A stretch of DNA of 64,000 bases from Octopus sinensis (Eukaryota): positions 130,386,001 to 130,450,000 of the forward strand of contig NC_043000.1 in the NCBI RefSeq assembly GCF_006345805.1, written 5' to 3'. Position 1 is the stretch's first letter. Each line of letters begins with the position of its first letter. The notes under the pieces were generated by a model that had not been told where the DNA came from, made no database searches, and saw only the letters and a program-made list of their open reading frames with translations. Made by a program: the position numbers and the translations under genes. Below, one piece after another: positions 27,031 to 41,432 of the stretch.

Positions 27031-27494
27031 ATTTATTATATAGAAGGAGCTTCTACAGGACTAGAACTGTTTCATTCAAGAGAAATCACCAGGAAGCTAG
27101 CTAACAAGAATAGTTTTGGCATTTATACATTTATGCAGGTTTAAAGGGGTGGTAGTGGGGGCTTTTTGGGGGTAGGCATAGCGCAAAAATATCATACTTA
27201 GGGGAGTGGTCAAGGAGTCAGTGGTAAATTAGATAAAAGAATAAATAAAAGAATAAAAAAATATTCTTTTATTCTTTTATTTATTCTTTTATCTAATTTA
27301 CCACTGACTCCTTGACCACTCCCCTAAGTATGATATTTTTGCGCTATGCCTACCCCCAAAAAGCCCCCACTACCACCCCTTTAAACCTGCATAAATGTAT
27401 AAATGCCAAAACTATTCTTGTTAACTAGCTTCCTGATGATTTCTCTTGAATGAAACAGTTCTAGTCCTGTAGAAGCTCCTTCTATATAATAAAT
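27031..27494. repeat. 464-bp zero-loop palindrome (232-bp arms, 3 mismatches)
   Basis: Checked base by base. The axis lies between 27262 and 27263, and the only mismatches are 27089/27436, 27101/27424 and 27259/27266. Confidence 0.97.
27427..27477 (+). ncRNA. Type I minimal hammerhead ribozyme motif
   Basis: AGCTTC-CTGATGA-T TTC(TCTT)GAA T-GAAACAG(TTCTAGTC)CTGT-A-GAAGCT. Stem I is 6 bp, stem III ACAG/CTGT, cleavage triplet GUA (after 27471). The base of stem II is U.U rather than the usual G-C. Confidence 0.7.
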
Positions 27495-27750
27495 ATATAT
27501 ATATATATATATAATATATATATATATAATATACATATATGTACATATATATATATATATAGATATATATATATATATAACATATATATACATATATATA
27601 CATATATGTATATATATATACATATATATACATATATGTATATATATATATATATACATACATATACATATGTATATATATATATAATATATATATACTT
27701 ATATACACATATTTATATACATATACACACACGCACACACACACACACAC

Positions 27751-27795
<45 letters not shown>

Positions 27796-27854
27796 ATACA
27801 TATATATATATACGATGGGACCTTTGAAGCTGAAATATTTACGATTTTAAAGAT

Positions 27855-28006
27855 TAGCTGTGTGGTAAGGAGCTTGGTTCCCAACCGCATGGTCCTGGAT
27901 TCAGTTCCACTGCATGGCCCTTGGACAAGTGTCTACTACCATAACCTTGGGCCGACCAAAACTTTGTGAGTGAATTTGGTAGATAGAAACTGAAAGAAGC
28001 ACTTCG

Positions 28007-28015
<9 letters not shown>
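27855..28015 (+). mobile_element. 3'-truncated SINE (family C)
   Basis: AGCTGTGTGGTAAGGAGCTTGG..TTCAGTTCCACTGCATGGCCCTTGGACAAGTG, running into (TG)n. Confidence 0.8.
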
Positions 28016-28053
<38 letters not shown>

Positions 28054-28072
28054 GTGTGTATGTGTGTGTGTG

Positions 28073-28116
<44 letters not shown>

Positions 28117-28200
28117 CAATAAAATATAGTGTTTTGTCAACGTCTAGCCCGGCTGAAGCACACGTCGTTTCCGTCAGGAATCTTACAATACAAATTCATA

Positions 28201-28725
<525 letters not shown>

Positions 28726-30852
28726 TAAATGTTACATTTTCTCTGGTATTCCTAATTAGTTCTTTTGGTTCCTCGTTCCACATTTATCTATTTATACACT
28801 TATCTCATCTTCACGTTTTCCAAAATCCACGGCACCAAGTTCTGTCAAGATTTCTAATACAGAATTCCATTTGAGCATTGAAAGTTGAAAACAAAGCCAT
28901 GGATTGTTTGGCGAATTCCTGCTATTCTATTGCGTGTCAGATGTATGTTAAACAATCTCTTGATCTCATCTTCTTCAGACGTAATATTGTTAGTTTTGTG
29001 TGAATCCGCCATTGTACTATCGACCCAGCACAGTTTTCATGAAAACAAAAACAACATTTTAAGATATCAGAATATGTATTCGTAGAATAAGAGTAGATGT
29101 TACTAGCTTGTCTATCATTGGATTTGAACTGAAGTCACAGAGGAGTACTTTTATATTTAGATTTGTACGATTGATTTCAAATCGTCAGATATACTGCTGC
29201 CTCTTTCTAAGGGAACAATTCGTGGAGTACATGCTCAGCCAAATCAATTATTCATTCTCCAGCCATACTCCAGCTGTTTTACAGAGGTGAACCAGTATAA
29301 AAGGAAATAATACCTTTCTTCAATGCTATAAACGTATTGGGAATGAGTGTAATAGTCTCCAATTTCCTTTATGTATTAGACTTGTAGAAAGTTAAGTGTA
29401 GCAGCAACTCAGGCAAATTTGTGTTTCCTTATCTTTAACGTATATGGATATAAATGAAAATAACAATAGAACAGTATTAAGTATGAAATGAACTCATAAA
29501 ATTAACTAAAGAGATGATAAAGAGTAAAGCAACAATTAAATATTGTTTTCTTCTTAGATATAAGGAGTCCAAAGCTAATGTGAAGTGGAGAGATAAAACA
29601 CGAGATGAATTCAACATTCAGAAAGAAAAGAATGATCTACAGGCAAGTTGCAATTTGAAATTAAGCGTGTTTAGCTGTCATTTCCAAGTTCACTATAATT
29701 TACTTGTGTTTATTTAATATAACGGGATGACATTCTGCCAGTTTCAATTGCCGGTATTTGCAACAACTGCAGATAGCATTTAGTATGCAGCCCAATAAAT
29801 AATTGTTTATTGCATAGGCGTGATACCTGAAGGTTTATGGGTTGAGCTCAAACATATTTTTAAGCTGGTAATATCAGTTAATGTGGTAAGCTTGTTCTAA
29901 TCACGAAGAAAAATTAAATTTCGACTTGCATAATTAAAATTCAAGAATACGCAACGTTTTACATTAGAAATCTGATAAAAAAAAGAAATACCAATGATTT
30001 TTATTTGGGACAAAGCGATGGTTAATTTGAGATATTTTCACTGAATATAAGGCAAACTCTAACGCACAGTTGATGTTCATGGCGCTCTCTTTACTGTATA
30101 AATTTAATGTCCAAGTGATAAAGATTGTATGTAGTACTAAAGTGACAATACAGAAATTCAAGATGAAAGTTAACTGAAATTTTCTAACAGAAAATAACTT
30201 CCACGAAAATTCAAAATTGCATATATATATATAACAGTTTTCAAGAGTTCAAGAGAGAGAAAGAGACAGACGTAGGTGGTTGGCAGAATGGTTCTTTAGG
30301 TGTATGGTTGCATTTTCTGGCAACATACTTTCTTTTTGAGAAATACTTTGAAATAACTGAAAACTCCACGGGTATTACAACTCAGTATTCATGGTGTCGT
30401 TAACGTTCATCCTCAACAACGTCATTATCATCATAGTCATGATGAATAACATCATTATCGTCATCACCACTACCACCACCATCATCATCACCGCCACCAC
30501 CAATACCATCACCATACTCATAATTCACCAATAGCAATTTTCAGGTATGATCGAACTATGTTCAAATAGCCCTATTCTAGGAGACATTTTATCTATAAAT
30601 TGTGTATATTTTTAAGACAAATTTACATAGTATTCTATGTTTGGGGCGATGGTGAATTAACCCAATTAGCAGAGTGGAGAACAACAATTCGATTTTTAGT
30701 AAGCATTTTCAAACAAACAACAGATTTGCCTTTCATGTTTCCGGAACACATAAAGCAATTACTTATTCACATATTGTGGTTTGATTTAATAGATTGATTC
30801 CTTCGCCAATATGTCACCTTGGGGTCATGTCTTTGCTAGAAATCAACATTTA

Positions 30853-31178
30853 CCGTATTTGATGGCCTATAAGACGCACCATTTTTTAAAACCCCAAAAT
30901 GGCTTTAAAAGTCCTCCTTCGTCCAATGCACACAATGTAGGTTGAAAACTCGCTCAAAACGGTATGCATGTTTACAAAACGTGTACTGCCATCTATTGGT
31001 ATGTTTATATCGAATGTGGATGTAATAAATTGCTTATAATTACCAGTAATAACATAAAGTTATACAGGTAAGTGAAGGAATTAAAACATTATTTTAGTGG
31101 TAATTTATTTTACAAAAGTATAGCTTAGGCTAGGGTGCGTCCTATGCACGCGTGCGTCTTTTCGGCCATCAAATACTG
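30853..31178. mobile_element. MITE of the Tc1/mariner superfamily (Tc2-like)
   Basis: TIRs CCGTATTTGATGGCC and GGCCATCAAATACTG (1 mismatch), subterminal GACGCAC motifs, and TA on both sides (30851-30852, 31179-31180). Confidence 0.8.
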
Positions 31179-32638
31179 TAATATCATTTTGAGAGAAAGA
31201 AAGAGTGAGAGACACAAAGACTGACAGACAGACAGATAGACAGACAGACAGGCAGAGGGGCAGGCAGACAGACAGAAAAACATGCAGTACGGCAGAGAGT
31301 AACCTCTGTAACAGTGACTATTGGTTGGCCATTGTCTTTGGGAAACACTACACGTATGTAGCAAAGAATGGACTTTCCATGAACGGAGTTATCAAGAACG
31401 TCATATTGATAGGTCAGAACTTGTTGGACAACCATGACTAAAGGATATGAAACAGGCACAGAGGCACCTGGTGAGGTGTGTGGATGTAAAAGCTGCGAAA
31501 CCGGTGGTTTTACAAAAATGCTGCTGATGGAAAATCTTGTATTCTTTTATTCTTGTAAATAAATTGTTAGCTTGAGCAAGGTATCTTCACTGTATTTGAG
31601 GCAAAATCTATACATCGAAGGTTCTAACACTAGTACAAATCTAATTGTTAGAAGGAAGAGCTTTGCATTCCTAGGAATTAGTAAAGCAGAAGAGGGGAGA
31701 GGACGCAACAGAGAGAGGAAGAGAGAGAGAGAGAGAGAAATAGAGAGACAGAGAGAGGCAGACAGTGAGAGACAAGAAGAGGATGTGTAACAGAAGAGAA
31801 GATTAATAAGTTCAGAAAATGATAATCTTCCATAGTAATTGTGAAATCGTAATCATAGAAGATAATAAAACAATACCATATGCCACTGGATATTAAATAT
31901 TTTCAGCAGGTGAATGCCAAAAGTAATAATCAACAATGGATATCAGATTTGATAGAATTGTTATGTTAATTAACGGGTCACTGAAGCAGGAAAGACTTAT
32001 AACTATGATTACGTGGCATAAGGTGGAATGTATTCAGCAGACTATCTCATGTCAAAATGATTACAAAATAAAATGAGTCTCTGTGTTTAATTACATAGAA
32101 ACACCATTTGCACGAACATATAATGGCTAATATTTTAATTTTTCGGCAAATTCAGGAGGCGAGACTAGACATGTTGTATCCTTGTTAGTCGTCCCAGTGA
32201 ATTAAATACTTCACAGTGTTTACGTAAGTAGTGATGAGAGAAAGAAATTATTAAATAGATGTACATGAGTAGGTATAAAATATAAACGCATTTTGAAAAA
32301 AAATAACTACAGATATTGATGTAGGAGAAGCATCATTATGTGATTTTATAACACTATTTTGGAGAATTCTGGAATCGAAAGGCTGTATCAGAGATATAGC
32401 CAGTTATAAAGATTGTGTACCGTTCTAATCTCAAATAGAACAAAGACATGAATTAAGAGAGATGGTGGGGAGTGAAACAACTTTGAGTGTAATGGTTAAT
32501 ACCATGGTGTCTTATTTATGGAAAAAGCTTGGATAACTAGCATCAGTAGCACTTGCATAAATAGGTTCTATAGTGCAGAAAAACAGAGAAAAAATATTGC
32601 TCTTGATTAATCTCAAGTCTCTACCTCTAGGCTCTACT

Positions 32639-32704
32639 GAAGAAGAAGAAGAAGAAGAAGAAGAAGAGAAGAAGAAGAAGAAGAAGAAGAAGAAGAAGAA
32701 GAAG
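32639..32704. repeat. (GAA)n microsatellite
   Basis: Directly visible. Confidence 0.95.
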
Positions 32705-33481
32705 ACTTTGTTTAATTAATTTCAAGTCCCAAGTTATATAGTGTTGACGATCCCAAAAGGAAGATGAAATGGTGCAAATTAAAACTATCAATGACTTAAG
32801 AACTTTATCTCATGAAAATGAAGAAAAAAGTATAAAGAAATATATGCATGCTCTTTTCTCTTCGGTATAAATTACTCAGCATACTTAAAGCTAGAAGACA
32901 TTTTCTTCCCTTAAATAGAAGTCTCCAGTGCAACCACGATAGATTGTGCAAAATAAATTATACAAAATAGATTATGATATAGTAATCGTCAGAAATATAC
33001 ACCTATTACCATTAGTTAAGGCAACTTCCAAAACAAAGCGTACGGTATATCATGAAGAAAAATTGCACACCACTTTTCAAAATACATATTTAAAATTTTA
33101 CAAGCGAATTAATTATATTACTATAAGTTATTGGGAAATATGAATCAGCAACAGTGTAAGACAATAACAAATATACTGAAAACCTGTAGGAAATAATTAC
33201 ATATTCATACATATATATGTATGTATGCGAGTTTTGGTGCGGTGACAACGACCTCAAACCCACAAGAGTAAACAAGAGAGAGAGAGAAACAGGCAGAATC
33301 AAGGAAAATGCCGCTTGTATTTGAACACTATGCAAATATTCTTTCAAAAAAATCTTTTCTTTTAATTTTACCAATATTTAATTATTTTCCATACTCACAG
33401 TTGAAAAAGTCTCAATGACTGAAACCAGTACTGAAATGTTTTTTATAAAATTATTTCACTATTTTCTATCTTCACTTTTTT

Positions 33482-33547
<66 letters not shown>

Positions 33548-34106
33548 TCATTCACAAAGGCAAGAATGACGGCAAATGGAAGAGTCGTTCCAGCTCTCTA
33601 AGCTCCGAGTTCAATTCACTCCGATGTCATCTTTATCCTTCATATCCTTCATTCAATTCTCATTCCCTTATTCCATATTTCCGTCTGTCTATTTTTCTGT
33701 CTCAGAGAAATTAGCTTTTGTCTCATCCAGACGCGGATGGACTGGCCCAAATCTACGTACACTACGACACCGCCCATACGGCCAGATGAAGGAGTCCTGA
33801 ATCCAAGACAAAGCTTGGCAAATGCACACATATATCACTGGCATCATTAGAATATTATTAAGGTGGAAATCTGGCAGAGTCGTTAGCACGCCGAGCAAGA
33901 TTCTTAACGGCATTTCGTCGTATCTACGTCAAGAGTACGAAATCCTCCACCTAAGTCGACATCCTTTCGAGATCGATAGAAATAATTACCAGTTACGCAC
34001 TGGGATCAATGGAATTGACTACCCCACACGTCCCAATACGGCTTGCCCTGTGCCTATTGTTGAAAGAATTGTTAGTATGGTGTTATGAAGATTATTATCT
34101 TACATA

Positions 34107-34496
34107 GTGGAGGCGCAATGGCCCAGTGGTTAGGGCAGCTGACTCGCGGTCATAGGATCGCGGTTTCGATTCCCAGACCGGGCGTTGTGAGTGTTCATTG
34201 AGCGAAAACACCTAAAAGCTCCACGAGGCTCCGGCAGGGATGGTGGTGATCCCTGCTGTACTATTTCACCACAACTTTCTCTCACTCTTACTTCCTGTTT
34301 CTGTTGTACCTGTATTTCAAAGGGCCGGCCTTGTCACTCTCTGTGTCACGCTGAATATCCCCGAGAACTACGTTAAGGGTACACGTGTCTGTGGAGTGCT
34401 CAGCCACTTACACGTTAATTTCACGAGCAGGCTGTTCCGTTGATCGGATCAACCGGAACCCTCGTCGTCGTAGCCGACGGAGTGCTAGAGAGAGAG
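34107..34496 (+). mobile_element. Full-length tRNA-derived SINE (family B) with (AG)n tail and 10-bp TSD
   Basis: Near-identical to 7887-8270. TSD ATCTTACATA at 34097-34106 and 34497-34506. Confidence 0.92.
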
Positions 34497-35418
34497 ATCT
34501 TACATAACTTTCGTAGAACATTATCCAAGTAAATTATACACTTTTGTGGCTGTTCAAAACGAAGAGTGGACGTTTTTATTTATACTTTTTCTCGGAAATC
34601 AAAATGGTTCCTGTTATTAAATCTGGTGCCTTTGTCAAATGGTTGCTTATTGTGTAATAAGACAATGAATTTCTCTTAGAATTGTCGCTTGCTTTATTGT
34701 ATATTTTTATACGAGACCGACAAAAGAATTCACTTACTTTCATAACAGGATGGTGTCGGTGTCTGTTCGTGTCTGTGCTTCTGAGTTTACTATCTGTTTG
34801 TGCCTGTGTGCTTGTATGTGTGTCTATATGCATGCGTTTATCTCTCTGCTTTTGTATGTGTATTTGTGTGTCTGCGTGTGTACGCACGTGTTTGAGTGTG
34901 TCCACGCACACGCTGCGTGTATGTTTTCGTGTGCGACTGCTAGAAACACTTTTGGATATCTTCACAGCTGGGTCACCTATTAATCATCTCTATCAATCTC
35001 CGTACATCCGTACTCACACTAACACCTATATGGGTGTGAGTGCGTACGTGTGTTTGCGTGTGTATCAAATATATATATATATATGTATGTATATACCATT
35101 GATGTCACAGATCTGTTTGTATGTATGTGTGTGTACTTATACATATGTACATATACACTATATACATATATGTATCTATATTACTGTCACACCTATATAA
35201 ATTTATAGATGTATATATATACACACACACATTCATACACTTATATGGGCATAGAAGTATATATATATACATGTTTGTGGGGGTGTATACTTAGAGGTAT
35301 TAGAGAAACACACTCGCTTTGATACACCCACATATCTAACTTTGTCCCTACATACTCACACACATATATACGATAAATACCTTTCGACATAGTGTATGCA
35401 CATTGACAAATAGTGCTC

Positions 35419-35453
<35 letters not shown>

Positions 35454-36016
35454 TATTTATATATAAATGTATATATATATATACATACATACAAACATAC
35501 ATACATATATATATATACATACATACATACATACATACATACATACATACATACGTACATACATACATACATACATACGTACATACATTCTCTCTCAAAC
35601 AATCCAGTTTGACATATTCACACGTATACCTTGGGGAATTGTTTCACAACTCTAAAATTTCAGGAAATGGTTTCTCACTGTTATATCACAGCAGACTGAC
35701 AATCTAAAGAATGCCACCACGACTTACATTCGAATTCCCTACAATATAAAACTCAGCGAAACACAATAAGATATAGTGTCTATAAAATGAATGAAGCTAA
35801 ATGACCAATTATTGAATTTCTAAGACATTATAGGATAGAAATTGTGTGGCGATTTGTTTGAAATCTGTGAAGACTATCGATTTTTAATGTTTTAAGCATC
35901 AATAACCATGAACAAATAAATAAGTGGTATTATAAATAGGTGACTATGATGGCATCACTTGTGTTAGTTATAAGAATAATAATAATGATAATAATAACAA
36001 CAACAATATAATAATG

Positions 36017-36075
<59 letters not shown>

Positions 36076-36999
36076 GGCACAATATTCGAGATTTTGTAGA
36101 GAGGGGCCAGTCGATTATATCGCTCTCAGTACTCGACTGGTATTTATATTTTTATTACAGAACATTATGTTTACTAAACATATGAAGCTGGACAAAATTT
36201 TGAAATATTGAGTGGGCGGACGATGATAGTACACTTTAGAATAATATTCTAATAATCAGAAGACATATTTAAAATACAAACAATATGAAACAATATAAAA
36301 AACTATTATTAAGGAAAGACTTTCATACTGAAAACGATGTAGAATATGGCGAGTTAAGCGTTCGCATACAAGTCCAAATTAATAAATGGGCTCGAGACCC
36401 ACACAAATCTAGCCCTTGATTCTGCCATGTTCAGTGTTCGCATTATCATTTTTTCTTATATCGTTTTTGTTGTTGTGACTTTTTTTTTTTACTTTTGCCG
36501 TCGTAAATTGTTGTGGTAGATGCCCTCCTTACTATTTATAGCAGGGTTGGCAGTTGTGATAATGGTGGCGATAGTGACAGCGACTCTATCACCGTCCGTT
36601 CTTTAGAATTGGTAGCCATGATTGTTGCTATTGGTGTTTATAATGGCGATGGTGCTGTTGTCGCTACTGTTCTTTTTCTTGGTTTCCATACCGGTGCGAG
36701 TGATTCTTTCATTCAAAATATGGAAAGCAGTTTAAAAATCACTGAGCAAGCACTGTTTATTTCTCTCCTGTGTCCTTTCGGAAATTTCAACGTGATAATG
36801 TGATCGTTATTTTAAGAAATGGAAAAGTTCAGCCACGATAGACAAAAACGAAACGGAACCGATTAGTTTCTTAGGATTCTGATCCGATTTGCAACAACAG
36901 TAATAATAGTTTTCAAATGTTGGCAGAGAAGGAAGGGGCACTCGATTACATCGACCCCAATACTTGACTGGTACTTATAATAATAATCCTTTCAATTAA

Positions 37000-37200
37000 A
37001 GACACAAGGCTTGCAACCTTATAGGAGGAGGCTGATCGATTATATCGACCGAAGTGCTTAAGTGGTACTTATTTCATCGACCCAGAAAAGATGAAAGGCA
37101 AATTCGACCTGGGAGGAATGTGAACTTAGAACACAAAGACGGACGAATCTCCGCAAAGTATTTTGACGGCGCGAAGACATTTTGCCAGCTCGCCACCTTA
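37000..37200 (-). mobile_element. SINE (family A), diverged
   Basis: GTACTTATTTCATCGACCCAGAAAAGATGAAAGGCAAATTCGACC...GCCAGCTCGCCACCTT. Confidence 0.75.
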
Positions 37201-37886
37201 ATTATTGTTGGGTCCTTGAGAATAGTATCGGAAGGCACCAAGAGGAATGTCAAGGAAATCGGAATGCAGTACCAAGTAGAACTGTTACAAAAAGTTTGCC
37301 TCTTTAATACGGTCAGAATAATTAGGAAAGTATTAGATAGTTAAACAGAACAGATAGCAGGGCACCGTAGGCTGCAGGCAGCAGGTTCGCTACGCAGCAA
37401 AACTTGAGACAAAAAGGTGTATGGAGCCTAAAAGCAGAAACAATTCCTATCATAGTAGGCGCATTTAGTAAGGTAAAAAACACAAAAAAAAGCATTCAGA
37501 CAAATACACAACAAAAAGACCACGTGAAACACTTTCAATACAGTAAAAATAAGAGCTTCCGAAATTTAAATGAAAGCAGATCATGCCCTCAAACTGTCTG
37601 CTGAGAACAGCAAGGATTTTGAGATGTTGGCACTTTGATGTTGAATGTCTTCCACAATAATAATTAACAACCAAGTATCCAAGCTTGAAATGAACGGAAA
37701 GTGACCCTGTGAAACCTCTGACAACAGGCTGACAACACTCTCACAGAATCCACCAGAGCAGACAAGACCGAACGGTCAGAGAAGTAAAACAACAACAGCA
37801 ACAATAACAACAACAACAACGTCAACAACAATAGCAATAATAACAACAACATCAACAACAATAGCGATAATAACAACAACAACAAC

Positions 37887-37921
<35 letters not shown>
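37201..37921 (+). mobile_element. 3' end of an R4/Dong-like (RLE) non-LTR retrotransposon, partly duplicated
   Basis: IIVGSLRIVSEGTKRNVKEIGMQYQVELLQKVCLFNTVRIIRKVLDS* and a second piece KGVWSLKAETIPIIVGAF resemble the W.LK...IP..VGALG...LLQK..L..TARI.RKVL C-terminus. A 3' UTR and an (AAC)n(AAT)n tail follow. Confidence 0.65.
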
Positions 37922-37923
<2 letters not shown>

Positions 37924-38145
37924 TATTTTAATCATTTGAGCAGAGAGCATTGAAAGCAAGGTAATATAAAATATGTCATACTCGACAAGTAAACTGGCTC
38001 ATAAAATTATATATAAAGCATAATCATTAAAAAAATTGTAAATAGGTAAATTTCAAAAACGCAGCGATTACATCATAAAATGTCATTCACAGCATTGATA
38101 TTAATAATGTCTGACTATATATGTATCTGTGTGCAGCGGTGTGTG

Positions 38146-38194
<49 letters not shown>

Positions 38195-38605
38195 TGGGTG
38201 AAAAATGTCGACAAGAGTATTCGGTATAATTAGAAGGGCATTAGTAAATAGCGAACCGTAGTAGAAAACTGAAAATTGGAGTTCTGCCAGATAAACTTCC
38301 TAGGTGCAGTTAAGAATACAGCAGTCCATGTTATATTTATTTGTTTGTTTAATCTGCATTGAAGGTAAGTGGGGAAAAACATCGTTGTTTGTAGGTTTGC
38401 TACAGATCACTGGTTTATTATATTTCTGACGTTGAAATGAAATTGCATTGTCAGTAACTTAGCAGAGTTTTAATATATCAAGAGATTTCATTTGGGAGGC
38501 ATCAACTTTTTTCTTTTTCTGTCCCATATTCATAGGGCTCACTTTATATATGTCTGTGTGTGTGTGTGCTTCTCTGTGTGTGTGTATGCGTGTGTGTACG
38601 CGCGC

Positions 38606-38662
<57 letters not shown>

Positions 38663-38839
38663 GGGGGGTGTATATGTGTGTGTATGCCTAAATACATATA
38701 TACATATAGTTACTAATATATATATACTTACAGTTACTGATATACGTATGTATATATTTATATTTGCATGTGTATATGTGTATATATAAAAAATTATATG
38801 TATATATGTATTTAGGCATACACACACATATACACCCCC

Positions 38840-38897
<58 letters not shown>

Positions 38898-39609
38898 TGT
38901 GTATGCGTGTGTGTATGCCTAAATACATATATACATATAGTTACTAATATATATATACTTACAGTTACTGATATACGTATATATATTTAAATTTGCATAT
39001 GTATATGTGTATATATAAAAAATTATATGTATGCATATATGATTCACAGGAATACACACACACACTGAAACACACACACATACATATCTTAGCCAATCAA
39101 GTGACAAAATAATCCTGCGTTAGCATTTTGCTTCGTAATTTTAGAACTTTACAATATAGTAATGTTACAATATTACAAGTACTTTCATGATTTTTAACGA
39201 TCTTCGTGGTTTTATATACTAACAATATTAACAGGCACTGAATGTGCTTCACAATTAACAGCTGTAGCAAAAGTACTTTGAAATAGCTTCCGTTAGGTTG
39301 CAGCATGCAAAAGCTTACGCAAGTATTTTAATTTATTAGCGAGTGCATAAGGAGTTAAGATTTGATGTTTGCGGTGATAGTGTAAACATTGCGAACGTTT
39401 ATTCATAGGAACATTTTAGCCAATAACCGATAAAGAATTTAGCCAATAGAGGATTCGGTCACAATCAGACGTTGAAAGACATCTGTTGCCTCGTCTAAAA
39501 AAAATTTTAATGAAATGAAGTGCAACTTGGAATTGATAATGCGGTCAATATTACCACAAGATTTTTCAGCAGAGGTGAATTTAGATTCGCATTGATAACG
39601 TTACCCTGT

Positions 39610-40440
39610 TTCATATTATTTTCTACTCAGGACGGATTTAGGCTTCTCTATAGAATTCTCTGTATTACTTTTCTCCCAACTTCACATGAATCGTTAAGAT
39701 TATAAAACTGAAATATTAAAACATTGTCCTGCTGCATTTTGTTAAATGATTGCTGAATGGGATCTGACTGACATTACGGTTCCCAATCTGTTGTCAGTGT
39801 ACTCCAATGGGTTGTGATAAGGAATATTCTGTCTACCCGATATATACTTCTTCAGGATTCAGACATTTGAAGCGGTTGATAAAATCTCTACTTTTACATT
39901 TCTTATTTGCATTGATAAACGTTCTTCACCTGGTTTTGTGTTAATTCACTACCTGGTATGTACAAAGTGAGCAGCATTATGTTGATTCCCATTGCATTTG
40001 CATCCTATGAATATTTTGCCGTTGTTTTTTTGTTCAAACTTTTCCTTTGTTAATAACTGTCTCAGGTGTTTTAGTTGTCTTTTACTTTGAATAATTGTAC
40101 AATCCTTAATTAAATCTTTTAGTTTGTTACTGATAATGATATGCAAGATTTATTTAGCGACGAAGAAAATGTTTTGATATATATTGGCTGTGTGTTACTA
40201 TAGAAGGTAAACTATTCTGGTCTTGTGTGCCTCTTTCTTGAGTCGTTATATACTGTTCTACAATTAATTGTTTTCCCCCCGTTAAGTGTCATTTTCTTTA
40301 AATGAGGGTGAGTATCTTTATTTGAATAGAAATCTCTTGGTTGTTGTGAGTCATTTTTCCTGACTTCTAGATCGTCGACAATGGTACAAATTTTCTTGAC
40401 CAGACAATGTGGAATATTACGTTTTATGCTGGTTGGCATG
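39610..40440 (-). mobile_element. Decayed Penelope-like element (RT C-terminus plus GIY-YIG remnant)
   Basis: Fragments PTSIKRNIPHCLVKKICTIVDDLEVRK, IIQSKRQLKHLRQLLTKEKF, EEVYIG*T and H*QQIGNRNVSQIPFSNHLTKC parallel the better-preserved copy at 51668-52346. Confidence 0.75.
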
Positions 40441-40879
40441 ACTTAAAATTTCTGGTTGAGTGAACGCCATTACTGGATTTGAAAAAATAAGAAAAAATCA
40501 TTAGCATTACAAAACATCTTAATGAATTTAGCTTTAAAGTGGTACCAGATGCATCGCATTATCAATAATAGTCCAGCAGATATGAGGACTTGAAATGTGC
40601 CCAAGACTTCTGGAACACCCTGTATATTTGATTAGAATTTAAAATCAATCAGAATTATTCATTAGGCTCAAGACGTCGTTTGATCGTATTTATTGTCTTC
40701 ACTTCACTCAACAAAATAAGATAAATGAAAGGTGACTCATCTCTAGAAATCCTCAAAATCTGTAGTTCTTTATAAAAACCTGTCTCTATTGAATAATGAA
40801 TGGAACAAATCTCTCTCAGCTACGTAATCTGTTACATGGTATATTTCGATGTCTTAGAATTGCATTACACCCGTTATTT

Positions 40880-40923
<44 letters not shown>

Positions 40924-41005
40924 TTATTTATATATATCTATATCTATATATATATATATATACTTATATTTATATATATATATATATACATACATACATA
41001 CATAC

Positions 41006-41036
<31 letters not shown>

Positions 41037-41432
41037 CATACACACATACATACATACATACATACATACGTATGTATGTATTTATATATTGCCTGTGACA
41101 CTTTTGTATCATCGGCTTATCATTCTGGTTCCTGAGTGACCATGGAACAGCTATAAGCAGTGATGTCCCCAAGACAGTTGGTTAAGGGACACCACTCATA
41201 ATTTGTGCTTCCTTAGAGAAAGTACCATTGGCTGCAGCTGTCAGACTTCTATCTTGTAGGTCGTCATATAGCTACTCACAAAGTTTTCGCAGTTTGTGAT
41301 ATTATGTCATGGTCCACACTATTTATACCACAGTGATACATAAACACGTTTATATGTATATGTATATTTATGCACATGCGTCTACATATCTATTCTAACA
41401 CATATATTTGCACATTCACATATATATTAATA

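Noticed and set aside
31461-31512. CTGGTGA...GC-GAAACCGGT-G motif with palindromic stem III
   Set aside because: The core is mutated, position 17 is G, and stems I and II do not pair convincingly. At most a dead relic.
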